From Heterodontus francisci (taxonomy: Eukaryota): 64,000 nt of DNA. Numbering within the stretch: the first letter of the stretch is position 1; the number at the start of each line of letters is the position of its first letter. This document shows, one piece after another, positions 12,790 through 24,864 of this stretch. The notes under the pieces are model-generated. The model saw only the letters and a program-made list of their open reading frames with translations, made no database searches and was not told where the DNA came from. Where the stretch lies: contig NC_090401.1 in NCBI RefSeq assembly GCF_036365525.1, positions 34,784,745 to 34,848,744 on the forward strand. Reading direction: 5' to 3'. The translations under genes and the position numbers were made by a program.

Positions 12790-15645
12790 ACTGGGCATCT
12801 GTGAGATGCTGTGGGCTGTTGCCAGCAGCATAATGTTATTCCACCACAACCTGTAACCTCATGGCCTGGCATATCTCTCACTACTATTAGCATTAAGCCA
12901 GGGAACTAATTTAGTGTAGAAGAGTTTTCCAGGAGCTGCACCAGATGGACGTACAAATGAGGTGCCAACTTGTGAAGCTACAACACCGGACTAGATGTAT
13001 GCTCAATAGCAGAAGCAGCATGCTATAGGCAGAGCTACTAAATGATCCCGCAGCCAACCAATAAGGTCAAAGCCTTGAAGACCTACAACATCCAGTTGTG
13101 AATGGTGGTGGATAATTAAACAACTAACAGGAGTAGGAGGTTGCATGAGCATCCCCATCCTCGATGATGGTGGAGTCCAGCATATGAATGCAAAAGACAA
13201 AACTAAAGCGTTTGCAACTATTTTCAGCCAAAAGTGCCTAGTGAATAATCCATCTCTGCCTCCTCCTGAGGTTTTCACTGTGATAGAACCTGTCTTCAGC
13301 CAATTCGATTCACTCCATGTGATATTAAGAAACTGCTAAATGCACTGGAAAGGGTAATGGGCCCTGACGACATCCCTGCTGTACTGCAGAAGATTTGTGC
13401 TCCAGAACCAGCCACATCTCTAGCCACGGTGTTCCAGGACTGCTACAAGACTGGTATCTACCTGGCAAATTAGAAAATCACCCAGATATGTCCTGTCCAC
13501 AAAAAGTAGGACTGATCCAATCTGGCCAATTACCACCCCGTTAGCCTACTCTGAATCAACATGAAAGTAAGGGAAGGGGTCATCGACAGTGTTATCAAGC
13601 TTCACTTACCAATAACCTGCTCATCGATTTGGCTGTGTGGTTAATAATGAAGAAAGCTGTAGACTGCAGGAAGATATCAATGGACTAATCAGATGGGTGG
13701 AACAGTGGCAAATGGAATTCAATTTGGAGAAGTGTGAGGTAATGCATTTGGTGAAGGTTAAAAAAGCAAGGTAATACAATAAATGGTAGGATACTGTGAA
13801 ATGTCGAGGAACTGAGGGATCTTGGAGTATATGTCCACCAGTCCCTGAAGGTGGCTGGATAGGTAGATCAGGAAGGCTTATGGAATACTTGCCTTTCTTA
13901 GCTGAGGCATAGAATACAAGAGCTGGAAGGGTATGCTGGAACTGAATAAAACACTAGTGAGCCACAGCTGGAGTACTGCATGCAGTTCTGTTCACCACAC
14001 TATAGGAAAGATGTGATTACATTAGAGAGGGTACAGAGGAGATTTACAAGGATGTTGCCTGGACTGGAGAATTTTAGTTCTGAGGAAAGATTGGATAGGC
14101 TAGGGTTTTCTTTGGAACCGAGGATGCTGAGGGGAGACCTAACTGAAGTATATAAAATTGAGGGGTCCAGATAGAGTGGACAGGAAGGCCCTATTCCCTT
14201 AGTGGAGAGGTCCGTAACCAGGGGCCATAGATTTGGCGTAAGAGGCAAGAAGTTGAGAGGGGATTATAGGGGCCATTTTTTACACCCAGATCTGGAACTC
14301 ACTGCCTGAAAGGATGGTGGAGGCAGAAACCCTCATAACATTTTTTAAAGTATTTGATAGATACTTGAAGTGCCATAACTGACAAGGCTATGGACTAAGA
14401 GCTGGAAACTGGGATTAGGCTGGATGGTTACTTGGCTAGCTGAATGGTCTCCTTCCGTGATGTAAATTTCTATGATTCCATGATGTTCAGTTTGGGTTCC
14501 GCTGGGATGACTTGACTTGCACGTCACAGACTTGGTCCAGACATGGCCAAAAAAGCTCTATTCTAGAGGTGAGGTGAGCATGGCTGCCCTTTTCAGCAAG
14601 GTGCATTTGACCGAGTGTGGCATCAAGGAGCCCCAGTAATATTGAAGTCAATGGGAATCGGGAGAAAATTCCACTGGCTGGAGTCATTCTCCGCACAAAG
14701 GAAGATGGTTGTGGTTGTTGGAGGTCAATCGTCTCAGCCCAGGACTTCACTGCAGTAGTTGTTCAGCGCAGTGTCCTAGGTCCAACCAACATCAGCTGCT
14801 TCATCAATTACTTTCTATCAAAGTGGGGATGTTTGCTGATTGCACAGTGCTCGGTTCCATTCGAAACTCTGCAAATAATGAAGGCATCCGTTCCCACATG
14901 CAGCAAAACCTGGACAAGATTCTGGCATAGGCTGATTAAGTGGCGAGTAATATTCATGCATATGCTAGGCAATTACCATCTCCAACAATAGAGAGTCTAA
15001 AGTGTTAGCATCATTGAATATCCCAATGTCAATATTGTGGTAGTCATCATTGACCAGCAACTTAATTGGACCAGATATATAAACACTGGCAACAAGAGCA
15101 GGTCAGGGGCTGGGTAGTTTGCAGTGAGGCTCACCTCCCATAGCCCTTCTGCCATCTACAAGGCATGTCTGGAGTGTGATGGCATACTCTCAAGTTCCTG
15201 GACAAGTGCAGCTCCAACATTGCTCAACACCATCCAAGCCAAAGCAGCCTCTTGGGCATCCCATCCACGACCTTAAACATTCACTCCCTCCACCACTGAC
15301 AACTGTGGCTGCAGTGTGTCCCATCTACGTGCTGCATTGCAGCAACTTGCCAAGCTTTCTTTGACAGCACCTCCTAAACTCAAAACCTCTACAACCAAGA
15401 AGGACAAGGGCAGCAAAGGCATGGAAACCCCACCACCTGCAAGTTCCCCCTTCAAGTCTCGCACAATCCTGACTTGGACGTATATTATCATCACTCAATC
15501 AAAGTCCTGGAATAGCAGCACAAAAGTACCTTCTCCACAGATTGCTGTGGTTGAAGAAGGTGACACCACCATCTTCTCAAAGGCAATTAGGGATGGGTAA
15601 TAAATGCTAGTCTCACCAGTGATGGCCACATCCCATGAATGAATA
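12790..15645 (+). mobile_element. Decayed non-LTR retrotransposon (CR1-group, 'family B'), interrupted by a CR1/HER1 fragment
   Basis: Remnants SIPILDDGG, VLGPTNISCFIN, MFADC; 3' end AGGCAATTAGGGATGGGTAATAAATGCT...CCCATGAATGAAT shared with other copies. Confidence 0.7.
13630..14485 (+). mobile_element. CR1/HER1 LINE fragment nested in the family-B LINE
   Basis: QFCSPHYRKDVITLERVQRRFTRMLPGL; CR1 tail CTATGATTCCATGAT; the host LINE resumes after about 14486. Confidence 0.8.
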
Positions 15646-16469
15646 ACAAAATCCGGTAATTTCTTTGAAAAAATGTAGTTTATTAAAATGCGTAAATGTC
15701 CATGACATAACAGTTCAAATTTGGCATCACAAAATGCAATACAGTTCAATTTCTTTCAATACAGCATGTAGCATTCTGAGGTGCCTCATTATCCTTAAAT
15801 TACAGGTTATATTTACAATATACACTTCATGTGAAACATTCTCTGCATACAGCCCAAAGAGTTTTACACGTGTTCCAGCTCCCCAGTGTAGTATGATGTG
15901 AAAATCTGCTAATTTAATATTTGATCAAATTACTTAATTTTTAAAATTTCTCCTGATTAGTAATATTGATGTGGATCATGCTTAATCCAGAATACTTTTA
16001 AAGTGTGATGGTGTGATAAGGAGTCCAAACTAGTAATTTAAGGATTGATATCGGGCAGAGAATGATAAACACATGTAATGGACTTTCAGTGAGCATTGTA
16101 GAGGTGAAAATTCTTGCTCTAAGATAGTTTGATGCAGTAATGGGTGGAATCTGTAGCATATTGCTAAATGGATGAATTAACGTGTTGAATAGCCTTCCTC
16201 ATTTGTCAGTATGTTTGGTTTAAATTCTTTCATGGGATGTGGGCGTCACTGGCAAGGCCAGCATTTGTTGCTCATCCCTAATTGCCCTTGACAACTGAAT
16301 GGCTTGCTAGGCCATTTCAGAGGGCAGTTCAGAGTTAACCACATTGCTGTGAGTCTGGAGCCACGTGTAGGTCTGACCAGGTAAGGACAGCAAATTTCCT
16401 TCCCTGAAGGACGTGTGGCAAGCCCTTACTACCTTCATTTAGGCTCCACCCACTTCCTCTGCTGAGTTA

Positions 16470-16800
16470 GAAACAAAATGCTGGAAATACAAAGCAGGTT
16501 TCGCAGTATCTGTGGAGAGAGAAACAGTTAACGTTTCAGACCGTTGACCTGTCAGAACTGGAAAAAGTTGGAGATGTAACAATTTTTAAGCATCTACAGA
16601 GGCAGGGGTGAAGGGTGGTTGGTGGTGGTGGGGGTGGGGAGAACAGAAGGGAAGGTCTGAGATAAGGTGGCAGGGCAGGAAAGATTAAATGACAAGGGAT
16701 GATGGTAATAAAGACAAAAATAAATAAAAGATGGGTCTGGAGGAAGTGAAAATGTTAAAAGCAAAATCATCACCAACAACTGCTGCCATCCCAAAACAAA
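16470..16800 (-). mobile_element. PLE 3' fragment with degenerate hammerhead core
   Basis: Matches 36945-37320 and 32760-33050; minus strand CAGTT-CTGAC-AGGTCAACGGTCT-GAAAC-GTT-AACTG. Confidence 0.65.
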
Positions 16801-17737
16801 AGCACAAAGAAAAAAATTAGTGCGAGGTTATGATGTGCTGAGTTCCAATAACCAGCTATCTGCTCCATTCCACTTTGAATCCTTGACTTGTCCTCTTTTC
16901 TCATCCATGGTTTTTGCATCACCTGTTGCAGATCTCCGCTCAGTTGTATTTGCAATTAACTATGATCACGTTTAGTAGAAGAGGTAGACGTTGCAGCAGC
17001 TAGTGAGAACACCTTGGGTAAAAAAGAACTTGCACAGGGTTGCGGAGGGCATTTCGATCATGGGTCATGTTTGGGTTAGGCTGTAAAGGCCTCCAGGTTT
17101 CTCAGCTCACTTTCCCACTAAGATTGAATGGTTGTCTGTCCATTTGTTATCTTGCCTAGCTGCCTTAATTTCTCTGTGGCCTGCTTACTTCCTTGTGCTT
17201 ATCCTCCCCTCAATGCATGCTACCGTACCTACTTTTCCAATTCAAATGCTTCCAAGCCTGTTCACTTTAAATGTTTGCATGTCCTCTCCAAGTGTTTTCT
17301 GGACTGTCAACCACAAATCTTTTCTGGCTTGCCAATACATGATAGAGAGATTGTGTCCGGAAGGAACAGCAGTAAAGGAAGAAGATTAAAAAAAGAGAAA
17401 AAAAGCACAATACTTTACTTTTTTTTAAAAACAGCAAGCAGTAATGGTATCTTTAGCTGGAGGGACATGACAGATTAACCCAAAATGTAGTTGGCGATTA
17501 TCAAGGATGGGTGTGTTGTCTGAGTGAAATGGAGGTGGAAGTGGGTTTAACAATCAGAAATAAGCTTATTTTTTGTTCCAGTGCTTTTGGATTGTATTTA
17601 AACGAATTTCGTTTGGCTATCTAGCCCTTCCCAAAGCAGCCACACTTTCATTGTTCTCTCTGCTGCAGCTGCTCCGACCCATTCCCCATCGAACAAAATC
17701 ATCAACACTTCAGATGAGGTGCATCTTGTTCTCTGCC

Positions 17738-18066
17738 GGTGGCGCAGTGGTTAGCACCGCATCCTCACAGTTCCAGCGACCCGGGTTCAATTCTGGGTAC
17801 TGCCTGTGTGGAGTTTGCAAGTTCTCCTTGTGTCTGCGTGGGTTTTCTCCGGGTGCTCCGGTTTCCTCCCACAGCCAAAAGACTTGCAGGTTGATAGGTA
17901 AATTGGCCATTATGAATTGCCCCTAGTATAGGTAGGTGCTGGGGAATATAGGGACAGGTGAGGATGTGGTAGGAATGTGGGATTAGTGTAGGATTAGTAT
18001 AAATGACTCGGTGGGCTGAAGGGCCTGTTTCAGTGCTGTATCTCTAAATAAAAATAAAATAAATAA
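17738..18066 (+). mobile_element. HE1-like V-SINE
   Basis: GGTGGCGCAGTGGTTAGCACCGC head, V-domain, tail GGGCCTGTTTCAGTGCTGTATCTCTAAATAAAAAT. Confidence 0.85.
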
Positions 18067-18320
18067 TGGTACAACGTTAGCAGTCGTCCAGTCCACGAAC
18101 ACTATCCCTATAGCCAGACAGGATTGGTAAATGATAATTAGTTCCATTCAGTACTGGTGAGTTACCCACTTTCTAGGATGTTAAATGCCTTGATGTTCCC
18201 TCCCTCACTATGTTAATTGTCACGATCGACTGCTGTTATCTGGTGAGGCGCTATCGTTGTCTTTCCCAGGTCAGTGTACCGATGCTAAACCTGAAGTGTG
18301 AATACATTTTTAAACTAGTT

Positions 18321-18425
18321 AAAGGCAGTTCCGAAGAAGGGTCACTGACCCGAAACGTTAACTCTGCTTCTCTTTCCACAGATGCTGTCAGACCTGCTGA
18401 GTGAATCCAGCATTTCTTGTTTTTG
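18321..18425 (+). mobile_element. 105-bp PLE-derived mini-element with 14-bp TSD
   Basis: Flanked by the direct repeat TTTTTAAACTAGTT at 18307-18320 and 18426-18439; body matches the PLE terminus. Confidence 0.85.
18327..18363 (+). ncRNA. Putative minimal type I hammerhead ribozyme (U4C variant)
   Basis: AGTT (helix I) - CCGAAGA - A - GGGTC/ACT/GACCC (helix II) - GAAAC - GTT - AACT (helix I'); loopless helix III within the palindrome AACGTT. Confidence 0.65.
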
Positions 18426-18479
18426 TTTTTAAACTAGTTGTTAGTGAGAGAAGAGCGTCGCCTGGCTTATTATTTAAAT

Positions 18480-18677
18480 GAAACATAAACGTTGGCGTCC
18501 CGCAATACTATTTCCGGGCTGCACTTCCTGTATAAAGATGGCGGGTGTGCAAGTGCTCTATCTGTCCGACGCTGCTCCGTGTCATGTGATCACGGCTGCG
18601 CGGAAAAGCTCGCGTTGTTTCACCGCACGACAGCTGCGCGAATACATCTTGCGGCTTAGCAACGGGTTGGAGTGAAG
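18480..18677 (+). promoter_or_regulatory. PITHD1 CpG-rich promoter / 5' UTR
   Basis: CpG-dense; ETS CACTTCCTG (18522-18530), YY1 AAGATGGCG (18535-18543), E/M-box GTCATGTGAT (18581-18590) just upstream of the ATG. Confidence 0.7.
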
Positions 18678-18866
18678 ATGTCTGGGCACGGCCATGGGCA
18701 CGGTCAGTGCCAGTGTGAGGGGCACCAAGACCCCGCCGAGAGAGGCATGGAGTACGGCCTCTTTCGGAAGATCGATCAGGAGAGGCTGGAGTGCCTGAAC
18801 GAGGCGAGTGAGGGCTCCGGCAAACTGGTCTTCAAGCCTTGGGAGGAGAGGCAGGACCGGACCAAG
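18678..18866 (+). CDS. PITHD1: PITH domain-containing protein 1, exon 1
   Basis: AAGATGT start; MSGHGHGHGQCQCE...YGLFRKIDQERLECLNE...VFKPWEERQDRTK; donor AAG|gtgcgg. Confidence 0.95.
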
Positions 18867-20448
18867 GTGCGGCCAGCAGTGTGTCGGGAGATACTTGTCC
18901 GTATTCAGATATATGTTGAATTGAAACTGTGGTGTGGGGATAGGCCTCTAATACTGAAACCACCATTGTTACAGAGCCACATATTACTCCGTGTAAATTG
19001 CAGATAGTATAGTGCCAGAGGGACAGGCCTGGAATCGGGTGTAGGAATTTTTAGTAAATCTGTTATTCAGGATGGAAAATGTACGAAACTTCTAATGTAC
19101 TTGTCTAGAAGCGATCACGAGGATGCCATCTGATTGAGATAATATCATGAACCACCAGAGCAGAATTTAACTCGATAATTTAAGATAATTGCCAAAAAAT
19201 TCAGGGATGAAATGAGATTTATTTTTACTATTTATTTTACTGCTGTGAGTTGCTATGATCGCCAATACATTGCCTGAAACGGTGGTGCAAGCAGATTTAG
19301 TCGTAACTTTCGAAAGGGAATTGGATATATACATGAAGGCGTACTGATTCATCAGTTGAGGGAGGTAGTAACCAGCAGGAGGTTTCCTTGTCAATGAGAC
19401 TTCATGAGATCAATATTGGAATTAATGTTAAGGACCTAAAGGGCCACTCCCTGAATGTATCCTACTGTACCCCATGTCTGTTGGGTTTGTTCTGCTTTTG
19501 GGGTGGTGATGGTATGTCCTATCCCACCAGCAGGAAAGAATTGGCTGATAGGTGTGATTCTTGAAAATATGACTATGTCAGGCCATTGCTTGACTGGTCT
19601 GTGGGACAGCTCACCTAGCTTTGGCAGCAGTCCCCAGATATTAAGTGAATCAGTTTACAGGGTTGACTGGGCTGGGTACACCAATGTAATGTTCCAGTGC
19701 TATGCCTTGTTTTCAGCTGTGGTCCTTTTTAAAAACTTTTTGTCATGGTTTGATACAATTGAGTTACAGCAATGGAGATGCAAAACTGTAAATCCTGTAA
19801 GGTAATTACTATAGATCTCCAATGATTAGTTCACTGCATGCTGTGCAGTATTCATACTGTGCATTAACAGTTCTGCTGCAGTGGCAGACTAGACAAGAAT
19901 ATTATCATAGTGCTAGCAGTGCTGATGAATGCTAATCAGTTGTGTCTTCAGACAGGAAAGTTTAAAAAAAACAAAACCAAGATTTCCATGTGTGAAACAA
20001 AAGCCCAGAAATTCTGTAGATCGTATTGGGGTCTGTATTTCCATCTTGGAGTCTGAAAAGCTAGAGACACTAGAATATGATTTGAATTTTCAGATGTTGC
20101 AAAATAATCTTACTGAACAATACTATCTTAGATTTGCTGAGTACAGTTTTGTAAAGTCAATGACAAAGTGTGCATCAAGTCTGGGAAAAAATACAAATGT
20201 AAATGTTTATTTCTATTTCATTTACAGATTAGGACTATATCTGGTGTAACTAGGATAAAGATTAAAGTGATAATTAGAATGCAAAACTTAGAGTACCAAA
20301 TTTAGTACCATGTATATGTCATGTTTGAAGCAATACTGTAACTAGTCAAACAGATATGTGGAATATTGAATCCAGAAAAATTTGAACAAATGGCAAAGCC
20401 AATTAGTGTAACTGATGTCTGATGCATTTTGTAATCCTTCTGTTGCAG

Positions 20449-20492
20449 TTTGTGGAAAGTGATGATGATGAGGAGCTACTGTTTAATATTCC
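20449..20492 (+). CDS. PITHD1: PITHD1 exon 2
   Basis: tgttgcag|FVESDDDEELLFNIP|gtaagt, 44 nt, phase consistent. Confidence 0.95.
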
Positions 20493-22101
20493 GTAAGTAC
20501 CATTTTAAAGAAACCTCACTACCCCATTGAAATATACATGTACGTAGTTTTAAAGTATTTGACAAGCATTTATATGTTATCAAATCTGTGTGATTCACGT
20601 GGTTATGATGAATAGTTGCTAAGTTTTCTGTAGGTCTAGCAGAAAAATGTTTACTCCTGTCTGGGTTCATGTCAGAAATGTTAAGATATATTGAATCCCT
20701 GATTTCTTGACCTGCACAATGGCTGCCGGCAATAGGCAAACTGGTTGTAAGCTTTGCTAATGTCACTGTGAACTGATCTTTAGGATATCTGTAAAAGTGC
20801 CATGGGGCCAATTTTTTCTCTGGTCTTTTCCTGCTCCCCTGTAAATACATAGAAGTTACAAAATGAAATTGGGCCATTTGGCTGTGTCAGCCTTTACCCT
20901 CCACTCAAGCAAATAGTTCTAAACACAGGTACTCATCCTATTCTAATATCCTCTTTAACTCTTTTTACTTCATCCACCTATCCTATCCAGTCTCGCATGT
21001 TGACATGGTTTATGCCTCAGCCACTAATCTTGGAAGTGATTTCATTGTCTCATAACTCTCTGTGAAATGACGGTTGTACTGCCCTCTATTCTAAATCATT
21101 TATATTTAATGTTTTATCTATGACCTCTCATTCCTGACCCCTCAATTACTGGAAACAGCCTGTTTCTATCCACCATGTCTCATTATTTCATAAACATTCC
21201 TATCATATCACCCCATAATCAGCATTGTTCTATTGAAAAAGACCCAATTTTTCATGCCTTTCTTTGTATTTGTATTTCTTCATACCAGCAGTATCCTCAT
21301 GAATCTGAGTTCTCCGCTCTCTAAAGCTTTAATATTCTTCCTATAATGTGGAGCTCAGTACAGCACATAGTACTGCTTAATAGGTCTTAGTAAGGTTTAA
21401 TATAGGCTCATCATTACCTTTTTTGGTTTTTATATTATGTACTTGTAAAAAAAAGCTAAAATTCCATTCTTGTTTATTGAAATATAGGGTGTCTGCCACT
21501 TGGGGTCACTATTAAGCTTCATAGGACAATAAAGTTGAGAATAAACCCTGAATCTGTACTTAAAGTGCTTCTTGTGACACCATAGGCCGGAAGAGAAAAA
21601 TCTGACCAGTTTATGAATCTGTACAGAATCCAGAAGCTGAATTGCAGCCTAAGTCTAATTGCCTGCTTTTATTGTACACAGTACATGTAACTTGCATTTA
21701 TATAGCGCTCCTCGCATCGAAACACCATCTTGGAACATTTTACAATGCATTGAACAAAGGAAGATAGATGAAATCAGAGTATGGGACCAAAAAAGGTGGG
21801 GAAAAGTTCAGGGAAGATTTTTTGAAAATAACAAGGGAATGATTTATGGAGTGAGTTCCAGGGGGTAGAATGGGGAACAAGTCAGGAAGTGAAAGGGTGC
21901 ATTTAGGGACATGAGGCTGAACACACATGCCAGCATAGAAGTGTCCAATCTGAGGCTTGTCTCAGATTCTGTTTCTTTTAAATATACTTGTTTGCTTACA
22001 GTGATATATGGAGGAGGCCTGCTGCACATCTACACTTATCAGGATGAGGCTCTAGATCTGCTGAGGTGCCAAGTTGGTAATTATTCTCCATCTTGTTTCA
22101 G

Positions 22102-22179
22102 TTTCACAGGTAATGTGAAGCTCAAAGGAATAATAATAATGGGGGATGATGATGACACACATCCATCAGAAATGAGGTT
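22102..22179 (+). CDS. PITHD1: PITHD1 exon 3
   Basis: tgtttcag|FTGNVKLKGIIIMGDDDDTHPSEMRL|gtaagt, 78 nt. Confidence 0.95.
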
Positions 22180-22529
22180 GTAAGTACCAAAACACTTTTT
22201 TTATTTTAAGCTGCTCAACATTTAAAAAAAAAACCAGCTTATTAAAAAGTGTAATTGCATTTAACATGTGTTGGAAAAGATGTATATTATGCTTTTGCTA
22301 TGAAACTGTAAATCATTAGATGGTTCTAGTAGAGAATTGTGTACATGTCTTTGGACAGAAAATCATTGAATACATTTTTCTAATCTAAAATTACATTTTT
22401 AGCTGCCTTACTGAATTGTTGAATGTTTTAAAATGGTTAATCTAACCAAAATTACTCCAGACTTTACAAATGTGCAATCCCAGTGAACCTGTGGGGTAGA
22501 TTTTGGATGAGCACGGTGACAAATTGTTA

Positions 22530-23050
22530 ATCACAGAATCAAGAGTTATTACAGCGCAAAAGGAGGCCATTTGGCCCATCATGTTTGCACCAGCTCACCG
22601 AATGGGTAATTCACCTAATGCCATTCCCCTGCCTTCTCCCCATAACACTGCACGTTCTTCATTTTCAGATAACAGTTTAATTGCCTTTTGAATACCTTGG
22701 CTGACCCTGCCTCTAACACACACTCAGGCACTGCATTCCAGATCGTAACCACTCGCTGCTTTAAGAAGTTTTTCCTCGTGTTGCTTTTGCTTCTATTGCC
22801 AATCACTTTAAATCTGTGCCCTCTCATTTTCGATCCTTTCATGAGTGGAAACAGTTTTTCCCATCACTTTGTCCAGACTTCCTGATGATTTTGAATACCT
22901 CTATCAAAACTCTTCTCAACTTTCTCTTCTCCAAGGAAAACAGTCCCAGCTTCTCAAATCTGCCGTTATAACTGAAGTTCCTCATCCCTAGAACCATTCT
23001 CGTGAATCTTTTCTGTACTCTCTCCAGTGCCTTCACAACTTTCCTAATGT
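22530..23050 (-). mobile_element. CR1/HER1 LINE 3' fragment
   Basis: KALERVQKRFTRMV...LGLFSLEKRKLR; QRVVTIWNAVP. Confidence 0.8.
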
Positions 23051-23754
23051 GTGCTGTATTTTCAGGGAATTAACTTGGGCTGTTCTGGGATTTAAAATGG
23101 TATATCTGAATTATTTACACAGCCGGTACACCACTGAATTACAAAAATGTATACAACATGCTATCTCCACATAAGTGCTTCATCTTAATGCTTAGCTAAT
23201 GACTAAAGTTACAGGTACACAAGAAACCATTCGACCCATCAAGCCTAACCCTTCCACAGATAATATACAATTTATTTTGCCATGGACTATGTGCAATGAC
23301 TTGTGGGAAGGTTCCACATAGAGATTCCCTCATTCCCAAAACATTGTTCTTGGGTTGTGAGCAACCCTGGAAAGGCTCCAATAATTTACCATCACTAGTT
23401 GCCATGAGAAGATGGTATTGGGCCATCTACTGGAACTGTGATCATCCTTTGCTGATGGGAGTAATGCGTTGGGAGGGGATGCTGGCTGTCACAGCATAGG
23501 AAGGACAGTTTTGGTGCAGTGGGAGTACTGAAAGGGGATCCCAGAATGAGAGAGCAACGCAAGGGAGTTATGAGGTGCCACTGGGAAACATACTATAAGC
23601 TGTGTTCACAACTATGACTTGGTTATGAGTCCTTAAAAAGGTTTACAGTATATTCGCTACTTTAAAAGTTTTAAAGAAAGTAAGGTTGATCAGGATGGGG
23701 GAATGTGGGAGAGGCAATAGCACTGGTGGGAGGGAGAGGTGGCAATTATTTTTT

Positions 23755-24147
23755 TTTTTCAGTTCTTTCGTGGGCATCGCTGACAAAGCCAGCATTTGTT
23801 GCCCATCCCTAATTGCCCTTCACAACTGAGTGGCTTGCTAGGCCATTCAGAGGGCAGTTCAGAGTCAACCACATTGCTGTGGGTCTGGAGTCACATGCAG
23901 GCCTGACCAGGTAAGGGTGGCAGATTTCCTTCCCTGAAGGACATTAGTGAACCAGATGGGTTTATACGACAATCGATGATGGTTTCATGGCACCATTATT
24001 AAGACTAGATTTCAATTCCAGATTTATATTAATTGAATTTAATTTCCACCAGCTGCTATGGTGGGATTTGAACCCAAGTCTCCAGGGCATTAGCCTAGGC
24101 CTCTGGATTACGAGTCCAGTGACATTACCACTACACCACTGTCCCCC
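23755..24147 (-). mobile_element. tRNA-derived SINE with family-B LINE tail
   Basis: Minus strand head GGGACAGTGGTGTAGTGGTAATGTCACTGGACTCGTAATCCAGAGG...GGGTTCAAATCCCACC; tail GGCAATTAGGGATGGGCAACAAATGCTGGC; related pieces near 11460-11760, 16225-16415 and 39260-39440. Confidence 0.7.
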
Positions 24148-24864
24148 TCAAATAGGGTGGGTGGAAGTATTGACATGGGGCAGGGATATGAGCAGCAAAT
24201 GAGCAAAGTAGGGGGAAAATAAAGGCAGTTTATTAATTCTGCTTAGCCCCAAAAGATTTAATAAAGGGCTTTCCCAATACAGAGCTAGAAAAGCTTCTAA
24301 AGTGCATACTGAGTGTATACTGTTACTTTGGCAATTGTTACATGAGTGCAGCATATATGTTCAATAACACAGCCGCGCTCAGCTCAGTAAGCACTTGAAC
24401 TTAAAGCCAGTTCTTGGGAATGCAACTTTCTTCAGTCTAGAGGCAAAATTCCCTGTTTTGTTCTTCAAGTTCTTGCTATGCTTTAACTATGCTAGTAAAG
24501 GTGCAGTAACACTTGTATGATATGAAGATTGTTCCTGTTTATGGCTGGAAATATGACTTTCAAAATGTGGGACAAGCTGTCAGGTTGTAGTGTTGGAGGC
24601 TGTGGCAGTAAGAGGGGGAGGACAGTTCAGGGCAATAAGCAATACAGTGGACTTGGGTAAATTGTACCCACTCTTTGGCAAGAACTAGTGTGATGGTCCA
24701 AGTGGTCTTGATTTTCTTCGATGTTTTCTTATAATATTCTTGAATGTTAGTTTGGATGGGAAGTATAATTAGTAACCTCCTTACCAACGTCCAAGTACCT
24801 TACACTTGAATCCATCAGACACAGCACAGGTGAGATCATTTTTAGTCTAGCTGTGCTCTATTTT

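Noticed and set aside
17738-17795. tRNA-like sequences here, at other SINE heads and near 27605-27675
   Set aside because: They continue into SINE bodies or are degenerate and lack a complete cloverleaf, so they are not tRNA genes.
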